Shown piece by piece: positions 9,991 through 21,512 of a stretch of DNA of 64,000 bases (within the stretch, counting starts at the first letter, position 1; each line of letters begins with the position of its first letter). Location of the stretch: assembly GCA_002189035.1 (NCBI GenBank), contig NEEC01000016.1:1736001-1800000 (forward strand). The letters are read 5' to 3'. Source of the DNA: Utricularia gibba. Its lineage: Eukaryota > Plantae > Magnoliophyta. The notes beneath the pieces are model-generated. The model made no database searches. It worked only from the letters and a program-made list of their open reading frames with translations, and was not told the origin of the DNA. The translations under genes and the position numbers were made by a program.

Positions 9991-11199
9991 AGTCAAAACT
10001 ACCGCTGCCGCACTCAACATAACATGACCCTCCGTGAAAAAATCCATGTCCCCTCAACAGTCACCAAAATTGAGCAAATTAGGTTCACTAAAACAGCACC
10101 ACAGATTCTGAAATTGGAAATTCATAGATAAAAATCCACTATGCGGTGCTACCGTGGACCAACCCACCAAGAACAGAAAGCATACTTACCGAAAGACCAC
10201 CCTCTTGCGCTCGAACAGGCGATGCTACTGGCAAAGCACGAACAAATTCTGGGTTATGGACCTGCGTTCAAATGTAGTTCACGCGAGGGCAAAAGTGGAA
10301 GTGCCGAGCTGGGTTTAGCTAAACCGACCCCCCCTGGGTTTAGCTAAACCCAGCTCCACGGGTTCCCGCCTGGTTTATGGTCAACAGGTGGGTTTATTTT
10401 TACCCACCTGAAACCCACGAACCAAACGTGGGTTTATGACTAAACCCACGCCGCAACCCAGCAACCAAACGCGCCCTGAAGGCAATGGTTTTTCAGAAAC
10501 TCAGGTTTCTACTTGGTGTGAAGAAGTCAAGCTTAAGGGAGGATGTTGGATGATAACCTTGACTTAGATAAGAACTACTAGATACTTACTATGGATAAGA
10601 TTAGGAAGTTGCAGTTACTAAAAGTTATATGGATAAATATCTCAATTATGTACGCATTAATACATTGGTGTAGAATGCATTAATTTCCACATTCCTTTTC
10701 CTGGTTTTATAGAGTATTTTCTCGAATACGTGCCATGTGAAATCAATAGCTTTTGATCCCCAGCCTGCCTATTCCTTCATCGATCAAAAGCTACAGCACA
10801 AGTATACATGATACGATTAAGAATATACAATTCCTTCAACAAAGTTCTCCTTGCTTTTGGTTAATCAAGTTTTCATAACTCATTCTAATGTTTTTCAAGT
10901 GGTCTATGAGTTTTTTGTGTCTCCCATGAAGTGAATCATATTGATCCTTCAAGGCGTTCTTGTCAAATTCAAGTTGTTGAATAATGATGACTTACTCCTC
11001 CAATTTGGCTTCTAACCCCTTGATTGAGATTTTCTTGATCCCATTTTCTGTTGCATTAGACTTTGGTCATGTGTTTGTTAATGCAAGCTATTGATGTCGG
11101 TTGACTTTGGATAAATTTTGTTTGTTTCAATTGGGAAAACTTTGTGACATAGGTTTGACAATTATATACCCCTTATAAAACTCAATCTAATTCAGTGTT

Positions 11200-12280
11200 T
11201 CTGCACTTTTGTGATTAATAGTGTATTTACGTGTTTTTATTCCAGATTGAGACTAAATACTGGATTTCACCCCAATCTATGTTTTAATCATTTTCTTTTA
11301 GCAATGTAGCATGTTTGTCAACTTTCCAAGTCCCAAATAGCCAAAAATTGAAAAAATGGTAGAAAATGAGGACAAAAGAGAGGAAAGAAAAACACAAAAT
11401 CCAAGGAAAAGAAACAAGAAGATTTTGTAGCGAAAATAGGGGGAGTGAAGAGAGAAAAATATCTCTTCATTGGAGAACACACAACATGATTTTGAGGGAG
11501 AGATCTAGATAAAAACACAGAAGAATGACGAAGGAGATGAATTAAGAACCAACCTAATTGCTAAAGATTTTTTTGTTTATTAAAAATATTACTCTCAGCT
11601 GGGAGTAGATCACAGCAATTTAGCATTTTATGTTGAACTATTTACATTCCATTGCTTTTATCTTTCTATTATTAAGGTGTGATATGAACATATTTCGTTG
11701 TTATGTCATGACCATATTTCATTTTTTTCAGTATGAGTGGCTAAACACACGTGATGCCATGAGATCGAAGGGAATGTGCATGGTTATTGCATATTAGACT
11801 ATGTGAGCTCGGTAACAACACTAATTTCTTATCAAACTAAGATAGATACAAGAAGGGGAAGTAGTGATATTCATCATAAACAAATCTAATTAGAGATAAA
11901 CGAAAAATTTAGGTATTCTTGAATTTTTGTTTGTTAGATAATTGGTTAATGGGTTAGGTGAGATAAGTGCAGTAATGATCATGCTACTCTAAGAACCTCC
12001 AAGGCATTGTATTACCTTATTCTAGTTAGTGGTCGAAATTACCTATTATTTCTATACTGCCTATATCGAAGATCCGCATTAGTCCTAGTTTAGACCAAAA
12101 TTTTTATCATGACAACATTGAATGCATTAGTTTTCATATGACAAGCATATAAATCTTTGTGTTCGTTCTTAATCCATTATGTTCATTATTCATTCTATGA
12201 TTGAGTGTGCATTAGGTCTATAAATTTATTTGATAGAAAAATTTGTACTTTTAATGACATTTGTAATTTTTCGTTTATCA
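11200..12280 (+). mobile_element. Athila-like LTR remnant, left boundary approximate
   Basis: Ends in ...TAATTTTTCGTTTATCA, like the family LTR at 21513-22529. No TSD identified. Confidence 0.55.
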
Positions 12281-13333
12281 GTGGGTGTAACTAGATATAG
12301 AAAATGTTGAATTGTATATTCGATATTTTTCTCAAAAATTTTAAGAAAGCAAAAACCATAATTATAGATGTGGATGTAAGGATTCCTGAAGACAAATTTA
12401 GAAATGTGAGTAGTTCTAATAGAAATGGAATTAGAGGAAATCTTAAATCATTTTCATTTGATTTAGAAATGTGAGTAATGCAAATTTATTGGACAATGTA
12501 GTAGCACCAAGCTCAACAAAACTACATGATTCAAGATGAATACAAGTATGCATTTGCAAATATAAATTAAATTTATACTATTAAAATAAAGGGTAGTTTG
12601 TAAGAATTAAAGTGTAATAAATAACATTTTACTGAATTTGTAATACATTTATAAGGCTAATCATTTATCAATAATGTGCTATTGATATCGTAAGCCCCAC
12701 TAATCTCATTCCAAACTTTTGCTAGCTTCTTTAGAACCATCTTCTTTAATAGTTTGTCAATGATCTTTATATCAATTAGGGTGACATAAGATGCATCCCA
12801 TTCAAATAAAAAGCAGCTTCGTCTATCATATCCAAAAATTCATCTTTTCAATTGAGTTCTGAAAAAGTGATTGATACAAATAATGTTAGTTTTTAAAAAT
12901 ATAGATAGTATATACATTATGTGATACTATTCATGTGATGACAAAATTATAACATTAAAGCGTTCAAAGCACCAATCTATGAATTTTATAGCAAACAGTC
13001 TATATATTAAAAAAATAAATGTGTAAAGAGTTAATTTTGATAGCTATTAAAATAAAGAGTCAAAGTTAATTAATGTAATAAAAAAAATAATTCATTTTAC
13101 CTTATCGATGATATATTTTTATGTCCGGACTACAAACACGACTATTTCTCGCATTAGCTCTATATGGTGGTAGGTCGCAAAAGATTCCAATTAAATAAAA
13201 AATTAGCAATTTCTTTCCATTGGAGATTTATTGTGGATAACTTCACAGGTACAACTAATTCATGAGACATTGACATCTCTCGATTTTGTAGGTGAGCTCT
13301 TGCTCTTCATCATCTGTAACCTCATTATCATCC

Positions 13334-16222
13334 TGTTAAGGGCAAAAATCGGTATATCGGACTGGGCCGATTTTCGGGTTACGGGTGGTATTGTTTCTTT
13401 CCGTCATCTGTTCATTTTGATCAGATGAAATGAAAATAGGCAGGGATTTTTTACGTGGAAACCACCGTGAGGCGGAAAAACCACGGAGCTATCGGAGCTC
13501 GCCGGAGAAAATGTTCACTAGACGGAGATGGTAGAGAAAGGTACAGGTTGGGAGGCTTGGGATCTCCCCCCTCCGCTATGATTTCTCCTATTTATGGGGG
13601 AGGTTGGTGTGGCCGAATTCCTCTTTTCTGCAAATGTCGGTTGCTCATTGTACTGGTACTATGATCTTCCTTTTCAGATAATCGCCGCCCATTCTGCTAT
13701 GATTTGGCCGCTTTTCAGACTGCGTCATATGGCCGCCGCTGCAAGTTTCTAACACATATCGGTCTATCGGCAGACATTGTCTCCCCAGAGCTTCTTTTGG
13801 CAGCCTTTTCAGAAACCTATTATCTTCGTCCAATTTATACCCCATCATTCAGCCCCTTGGATCTGCCGATATTGATTGATCCAAGGCAATTCGGTGGATC
13901 AGAATTACTATCGTGCCGATTTCGGATACGCTGCTCTTCTATGGGTAGGTCTCGAACCAATTTAGACCGAATTCCTTGCCACTTGTCACCTCCCTGATTG
14001 TGCCACGTCTTTCCCGCTCATTTTGGGCATCTCGAGCATCGCGTCGTTTTGCCTCCCCAATACTTTTTCTATAAGTACGTGCTCCTCCCGTCACTTCTCC
14101 CCTTTGCCTCCTCTGTTCACTCGCGAGATCTTAGCGTTATTTGTGCCCCGTCGCTCTCACCCATTGCCTTCGCCGCCGTACTGCCACCTCGAACTGTGGA
14201 TTTTCAGGTACCAGTCAACGCTTCACACTCTCTGCTGGGCTTTTTTGTGGGTTTGGTTGGATTCCCTTCTTTTGCCGTTTTCCCTTTCCTATGTTTCGTT
14301 TATCTCTAGGGTTGGTTTCTCTTTTCCTTTTTCTGAACATGGGTAGAAGGTCTAGTGCATTGGATCTTCCTCTTCTCCGCATCCGGTATTCGATCCCTGA
14401 TGAATAACAGGTTTTTCATGCTCGGGATATCGAAATCCCGTGGGGATTAGGTGGGAGTCCGCTTCCTCCCTTCAGCTTACCGATTCCTATAGCTTATTTT
14501 GAAAGCGGTCTACGGTTTCCTCTTCATCCCCTGATCGTTCAATTCCTATACACCTTTACCATACCGCTTTATTGCCTCGTCCCTAATTCCATCTTTTGTT
14601 TCGCTACGTTTTTAGTCTATTCGGCTGGTATGGATCCGGCTATGACTTTAGAGGATTTTCTCCACCTTTTCAAAATTGCTGTACGAAAAGCGAAATGCCC
14701 CATGGACGGTCGTTCTCATTTCCAGTTCCGTCGATTCAAAGATAACCCTCACTTCATCGTAAAAGCTCCCAACACCCACCATGATTGGTGGTCCTCTTTT
14801 GTCTGTGTGGCGCCTCCCTTAGGTTTTCGGTGGAACTTTCCGATTAATCCCCCTAGTCCCTTTAGAGTGAAACTCTCTGATGTGTTTCGGTCCTCATCCG
14901 AATATAGAGAGGCTTTGTATGAAAGGCTGAGTCGAGGCTCCTTCCGATTCGAAACTCGGGCCCTCATGTCTTCGGCTGAATCGCTGAAGAGGTCCGGCAT
15001 TATCAATTGTTCTCGTGACCCCCACTGGCCAGATATCGTGCCCTCCGAAGGCACTAGTTTGCCAACTCCTCCTTTTGGCCCTTCCCCGAGTCCCTGACTC
15101 GTCCCGGTTTCATCCCCGAATACCCAAATTGCTCAACCCGTGGCCCCCAAGAAAAAGAAAAGGGTTAAGGCAGTCGTCCATAAACCCTCGAAAAAGCAAA
15201 GAGGTAGTTAGGTGTTATTTTTCCAACTTTCAAATCCAGTTCGATGCCTTACTGCTTTCCCAATTTTTGCTTGCAGTTGAAGAGATGGCCCGAAGAAGTG
15301 CCTTGGAGAATTCGGTGATGGCTCGCTTTTCTGCCAAAATGCAGAGGATGCAGGAGTTGGAAGTGGCTCCTCCTGTACGGACTTATCTTTCACTTATCGG
15401 CTACTGTGGGTATTCGACTTTGATTTTTTCCAATTCTCCTTTCAGGTTGGTCCGCGTGAGGTCTCTCCGAACACTAGTGATCGTCCCGCTGAGGAGGATC
15501 AAATAACGGAACTCTCCAGGGCTCAGGATCCGACTCCCTCTCCCTCGATCAGAAAGGGAAAAGAAAAGATAATGCCTTCACCCGATCTCACCGAAGCGCC
15601 GGCTCATGACATAGGGCTCCCTTCGACAGGCGCCTCCACATCGGTTCCCACGAATGGAGCACAGGGGGACCCTGCTCCGATAGAGGTAGAAGGCGATCCG
15701 GCGCTTCCCCCATGCTGGATGAAGCTGTACCGAGTCTTCCGTACGTTCAGCTGGAAATAATACTCAAGGGGATTTGGCAGGTATTGATCCTTTACCTTCT
15801 CAGTGTCGTTCATAACAGCTTTCCAACTTACTAGTTTTTTGTTAGGCCTTGACTTTTGGATGGGGGCTGGCCAAGAAAGTCGGATCTCAACCCAGGGAGG
15901 TTGTTCGGCTTCAAAAGCAGGTGGAAGCTCAAGATGCCAAGATGAAGTTAATGGCCGAGGAAGGGAGTTCTCTGCGGAGTATCTTGGGAAAGCATGACCG
16001 CCGGGAGGAAGAGTTACGGAACGTGATCGAGGAGATGGGGAAAGCGGTTGACGACGCCCAATCGAAGAGGGAAGGCTTCAAGGTTAGATTCGAAGAGACG
16101 GAAGCCGAATTAAACGAGGCCAGAGATCACATCGCGACTCTGGAGGCCGACTTATTAAATCGGGAGGCGTCTCGGCGAAACCTTCTGGATGATTTCGTCA
16201 ACTCAGCATGCTTTTTAGAGTT
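13334..16222 (-). mobile_element. Truncated Retand/Tat-like Gypsy element (one LTR, 13334-13847, plus the antisense accessory gene)
   Basis: TGTTAAGGG...CCCCATCA LTR. The internal region is collinear with 53740-56125. Similarity stops abruptly at ~16222. Confidence 0.88.
14339..16222 (+). pseudogene. Retand-type antisense accessory ORF (Transposase_28-like domain, NLS, coiled coil), truncated
   Basis: MGRRSS...LRIRYSIPDE*...FESGLRFPLHPLIVQFL...HHDWWSSFVCVAPP, then PKKKKRVK, probable GT-AG introns, then a heptad-rich segment LQKQVEAQDAKMK...ELNEARDHIATLEADL. Confidence 0.8.
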
Positions 16223-16569
16223 GGAGAGTAGATCCAAGTCTTCATATTGGGCTTATTTGACGGTCTTGGATAAGATCTTCTATCCAAATCTTTTATCCAA
16301 ATCTTCTAAGATCATTTTCATATCTTTATCTTATCCATGAATCTTGAACCAAATCTTTATCGTTTGACCGAGTCTTGGGCTGAGATTCATGGCCCATCAA
16401 GTCCATAATGTGGTGAATCTTGATTTCTCCTGAAATTGATCCAAAAGTGACCTAAAAATCTACAAAATACACTTTCTTTTCAAAAAGATCAAAATAGTGT
16501 GAAAGATGCAAAATCAATTGAGAATAGTAAGAAAGTGGAGTTTAAGATAAATAAAAACAACACTCAATA
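16222..16569. mobile_element. Fragment of an unrelated LTR-like sequence fused to the truncated Retand copy
   Basis: Abrupt loss of Retand similarity. Ends in AAAACAACACTCAATA, resembling a decayed LTR terminus. Confidence 0.3.
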
Positions 16570-17388
16570 ATAATGGAAGAACATGTTTTGGAACAACATA
16601 AAATCAATTATCAGACTAAAGCTAATATATGCTATTATATGATAATAGAATTCAATATTTTACAACAAAAATATATTCTTTTTAAATGAAGTTCTTTTTA
16701 ATTAATTGCATGCTAATAGAATATACTATTTTATAAAATATATTTGGTCAATATATCATTTCTTTTTAAATAAAATATAAATTATTTGTTACTCGTTCAT
16801 TTGTTCATCTAAGTTTATTTTTGAATTAATTACTGATCAAATTAAAAATAAGAAAATATATCACATATTTATTGTTTCAATAAAATACTTAAACTAAATG
16901 AATTTAAATGATAAAAAAATTATAATAGAGTTTTCAGAATTTTATTAATGTTTAAAGGAGTAATTTATTTTTCACAAATTAAATTTTTAAATACTGTATT
17001 TAAAGAATTTTTTTAAAAAATATATTTTTAGTGTTTTTCCTTTAATGATATTTCAATAAAATGAAAAATACCGTTAGTGCGAATATGCATAATCCACACG
17101 GATGGTACTTATCTATTTTAAATTATTATTTTTATAGTAACCACAAATTACTATTTTAATAATGAAAACTTACATCAGTATGAATATGTATAATTCACAT
17201 AGACCACATTTTTATCTTATTAGGAATATCTTTAAATTTAAAAATAATTGAAATGATTAATTTTTTAAATCTGAGTAAATAATAATTAATTTTTTATGAA
17301 ATGAATCAATAATTTGAAATTAATAGAATTAATTTGAGGAAATAGAAATTAATAATAAACAAAATTCTGAAAAATCCAAAATAATTGA

Positions 17389-17454
17389 TTTTACACAAAT
17401 TTGAAAGTTGATGAGATCGGTCGAGTGGTCTCACTTGGGGATGGTATTGCACGT
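17389..17454 (+). other. atp1: NUMT: 66-bp fragment of mitochondrial atp1
   Basis: Reads FYTNLKVDEIGRVVSLGDGIAR, matching the plant mitochondrial ATP synthase alpha N-terminus (FYTNxxVDEIGRVVSVGDGIAR), in very AT-rich intergenic DNA. Confidence 0.8.
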
Positions 17455-17795
17455 TATTTATTATCAAATTCTATTTAAATTAATTCATGAGTCATTCTTC
17501 TTATTTTAAACAAATAAATTAAATAATTTTTTTAATAATAAAAATCAATCTATTTTTTATAATTAATAATCATTGTCTCATAATTTCAATATTAAAAATA
17601 TAGATTTCAGAAAATAAAAATAATTTTTTTAAAAAAATATAAAAATAAATAAATAATTCAATGATTTTAATGAAAATATTTATTATATATTAAAAAAATA
17701 AATTTAAAAACACATAATAACTAATTTTTTTAAAACCATTTGATGCAATGGATAGTTTTCAAAATAACCCCATACCTATACATACTCCCCGGCAC

Positions 17796-18254
17796 TCAGA
17801 TATCACAGGGACGCTGTGTCGATGGTGCTGCCCTCCCCCAACCCCAACTGCTTCTGTCTGCTCTTTCCCAAGCACCGCGCTTTTTCCATCCTCGGTGAGC
17901 CCTCACTCCCCAACTATCAGCATTTGCTTCTTCTCTTTCCCACCCTCTGCCGACGCTCGCTCCCCGGTTATCGGAATTTGATTGTTCCATGCTTCCCCAG
18001 CTACACGAAGAAGGGCGTTTCCTCCACCCTCCACCCCAAGCCCACGAAGTGTGCTGGTTTGTTTGCTTCCAGCCTCCAGCAGCAACTTGCTCTGTTGCCT
18101 CCCAACCTGAAGCATGCGTAGGTTGCTGAATTCCGCTCCAGGCCACATCAACTGGATCCACTGGTGTCACTCGTCCGCCTCCACCACTAGTCTGTGTTTC
18201 TTCCATGTTCGTCAGTGGACCCGACATCCATTTCCTGCCAACGGAAGGACACAA
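17796..18254 (-). CDS. GW/WG-rich open frame directly downstream of the nucleotidyltransferase, probably its C-terminal tail
   Basis: 152 codons with 14 Trp, 10 of them next to Gly. Not in frame with the preceding exon; the junction is unresolved. Confidence 0.5.
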   Translation of the reverse strand: MCPSVGRKWMSGPLTNMEETQTSGGGGRVTPVDPVDVAWSGIQQPTHASGWEATEQVAAGGWKQTNQHTSWAWGGGWRKRPSSCSWGSMEQSNSDNRGASVGRGWEREEANADSWGVRAHRGWKKRGAWERADRSSWGWGRAAPSTQRPCDI

Positions 18255-18274
18255 TGCTCTTTACTCGAATTGAT

Positions 18275-21103
18275 TCAAGTGACTAAATGCTGTACTTGCC
18301 TTTTCCTCCCTACTCTTGTTCCCAAGGTTTTCAGTTTCCTTCTCTTTTTGGTAACTTGTCTTCGAGGATGCCGTTCTGATGCTGCCGTCGAGTTGGATTG
18401 CAAACTCGAAATCCCTCGAGGAACTGCTGGGTTAACGGCTTGCCCAAATAAGAGTTCCTTGACTTCCGCTCCTAGCTCCCCAGACAAGAAGGATGAGATA
18501 TGCTGTATAGAGATGTCAATGCACCTGTATATTCGCTTTACTTCTGCTTTTCCGACAGCTCTCGCAACATTCTGAAACTGATCCCACAAATCCTCAACCT
18601 GAAGACAGGAAATAACAGCATACTTATGCAACAACACACATGGTGGACTTCGAGATCTTATAGAACAATTACACTGAAGAAGTCGACTTTGGAGTCCCAG
18701 GCTCTCGTTTTCCAGGATGCATCGCGATTGCTGACACATAGACCTTTAGGCCAGAGTTTCTCCACGGATGATAGCTGAAACATCAAATTCATCACTAAAT
18801 TCGCTTCAGGGCTTCTGAGAAGAACTAAACTTGATCAAAAAATGACAAGAATAAAGAGAGAAAATCACTTTTAACAGAAGAGTGATGAAGAGATGGGCCA
18901 AAGACTCATGGTTTTTCTCCCCGTAATTTAAAAAACTGGAAGCGGATTTCTCAACTGCTTCTGGATCAATACTATCTGCATGACACATAACTATGCTATC
19001 AAGTTCCACGCGAGTTTCCCAAGAAATAAGTCAAGATTTTCAGGTACATTCCATGCAGTTTCACTGGTTAGGACTATGAGTTCCATTTTAACCAGAAGAT
19101 GGTGATTTCCAGGAGAGAAGTTGTAAATGATAAGCCAATGTCAAGAGCAATTACTATATTAATGCTTCGTTGCTAAGAGGAGCATGAAATTTGCGCGAAA
19201 AAAATTACCCTTGAATATTTCAGAGAAAGGAGGAAGAACTGGAGGCTTTCGTGTCTGCAGAAAAGCAAGGGAAATTACGTGTGTATAAAAAAAAAAGAAA
19301 AAAGACGACCAATGATAGATAACTAAGGAGTCAAAATGAAATCATAAAAAATTCATGTATGTATTTCAATTTCAAGAAGTATAAAACATAAGAAAGCAAA
19401 ATACTAATCATGCTCTGGCAATTATGCTTATACATGGAACGGTCGTGCTATCCCAACAAAGCTCAAAATAGAGCCGTTCGGAGAGGTCTGAGGTTTTATT
19501 CTATTAAACAAGAAACACATTTTACGTGTTATTGTAAAAAATGAGACAACTTGCCCAGATTTGTACCTGTAAGTGGAATGCAACCAGCAGGATAATAGAG
19601 AGAGAATTCAAGGTTCCCTCTCTTGCGCTATTGATATTGTGTGATTTTGCCCATATTTTCATCTGCAATGACAGGCCAAATCAACATATCAAAAATAATC
19701 CTTATCTTGAACGCCCATTCAAAGATGAAAAAACAGCCGAGGGCTAACTACAGCAAGACAAAAGAAAATCTAATTGTACCTAACAGGAAATAAATTATAT
19801 AGAAGAGAACAAGAACCGGGAAAACTACCAAAAAGCTCAGCTTCTGAAATCTTTCATCAATGGATGTGATAATGCGGATTATCAGGGAATTCAAAATCCC
19901 ATCTCTGCTTTCAACTGATACATCACACTTAACACCGGTTCCACGATCAATACATTTTAGGATAGGCACCCTTGCAGAGGTAATTGGTTGAACCCCATAA
20001 ACATGACCTTCTCCTACACAAAAGGAACGTTACTATAAGAAGTATGTAATTTTCTGATCAACTGCAAACAGACACGATGATTATAGACAGATGTCTCACA
20101 ACTTCAACTCCATCAGGAAAATGTGAATATCAAGAATAAGAAAAAGACCATGACATAGTTTAGATTAACAAGCTAGCCACAGCGACTGAGAGATTCAAGT
20201 GACAATGCTAGGAATGCAGAACCAAAAAATGTACCATAAAATCCATACTCTGTAGAGCATATAACTTTGATGCAAATTTTCTTAATGTTCGAATCTTCTT
20301 CTCACGAGAAAAATCAGCTCCTGCACTGCTAAAGTTTACAGAAAGATCTAAATCACTACTAGTACTGAAAAGGTCCATGACGAAGGAGCCAAATTCAACC
20401 ACAACAGGAATATTTTCTGTTTTCCTTCTACCTGAAAAAAGAAAAAGGGACAAAAGAGTAGGAAAATTAACGTGAGAAGAGATAAACACAGAACCAAGGT
20501 AAAAATGGAACTCTAAAGATAACAAAAAAACCAATGATCCAATTTACTTACCATAAATTTCCTTTGCAATCATATTAAAGGCATGAACCAAACTTTTTCG
20601 AGCTTCATACTCATCTGGTTTTGGCCGCATACTTGCATAAACTTCTTGAAGCAGGGGCTCAAGAGCCAACACTCGTTCATTGTTCAGATTAAAATTTCCC
20701 AATTTCATAATTTCGAACTTTTCTGCTTTCTTCCGCAGCACTACAATAAACCAAGAGAAAATCGAAATTCAACACAAAATGGGACATGGCGAGAAGAGAA
20801 CCTAACACAATGTGATTATCCCATTCGCAAATGCAGCATCCAAGTACCGAACAATCATTTTCCCCCAATCAGACATTAACATTCTCACTTTTCTTTGTCA
20901 TCCCTCTCCCCCATTTCCACTTTCAAAAGTTGATAAATTTATAAATTGCAAGTCTCAACGACGACATTTCATCAAAGTGCTCCTCGCCCGTAACATGATA
21001 AAGAAACCAAGATTAAAGTTCATATTAACGATGCCACACGATACCGCCATATGTAAGTCGAAGCAAAATATACAGAAATCTCACCGTTCTTCTTCCACGC
21101 CAT
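18275..21103 (-). CDS. HESO1/NTP-like terminal nucleotidyltransferase (Pol-beta superfamily)
   Basis: Exons by GT-AG and frame: 21103-21085, 20740-20552, 20431-20249, 20013-19829, 19662-19567, 19254-19209, 18975-18869, 18774-18673, 18598-~18275. Motifs FGSFVMDLFSTSSDLDLS, ARVPILKC...CDVS, KIWAKSHNIN...GTLNSLSIILLVAFHLQ, VEDLWDQFQNVARAV. Confidence 0.9.
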
Positions 21104-21512
21104 GACGAATCAACACCGCAAACCACTAAGAAACAAAGAACTTAGGCAAATCAAGCCAGCAGTAGCACATCTGCCATCGTAGAAGGTTCTTTCAATCATC
21201 AAACTTCGCGGAAGGCTCCGTTCACGCCATTCGAGGGTACAATGTTGAATTGAAAAAATCCAAAGGCCTATCTAACGGATTTATTAGAAAAGGAGGCTCT
21301 TGGCGGCAATATTCCATGTAATTGTAAAAATGATCTTAAATTTATATTATTTATATCCATTATTAAAAAAATCAGCTAAAATTGATCTCCATTATTTGAA
21401 AATGAGCTGAATCAATCCTCATTATTTGCGAACATGATATTTTTAGTCCCAACAAAAATAGTTTACACTATTTAAATAACGAGTCATGCATTAATAGTAT
21501 CGTTATGATCTT

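Larger units (their letters stand above)
5009..10476. mobile_element. PIF/Harbinger DNA transposon, non-autonomous, carrying a third (cargo) gene
   Basis: Perfect 20-bp TIRs GGGCGCGTTTGGTTGCTGGG (5009-5028, 10457-10476). 3-bp TSD TGA (5006-5008, 10477-10479). Removing the element restores the Copia RNase H frame TKPL-K-AMVFQKLRFLLGV. Confidence 0.95.
689..10841 (+). mobile_element. Ty1/Copia LTR retrotransposon, decayed, with a nested PIF/Harbinger element
   Basis: LTRs at 689-990 and 10544-10841 (TG...CA). TSD AAGTT at 684-688 and 10842-10846. PBS TGGTATCAAAGC at 994 (tRNA-Met type). Purine tract AAGGGAGGA before the 3' LTR. Confidence 0.95.
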
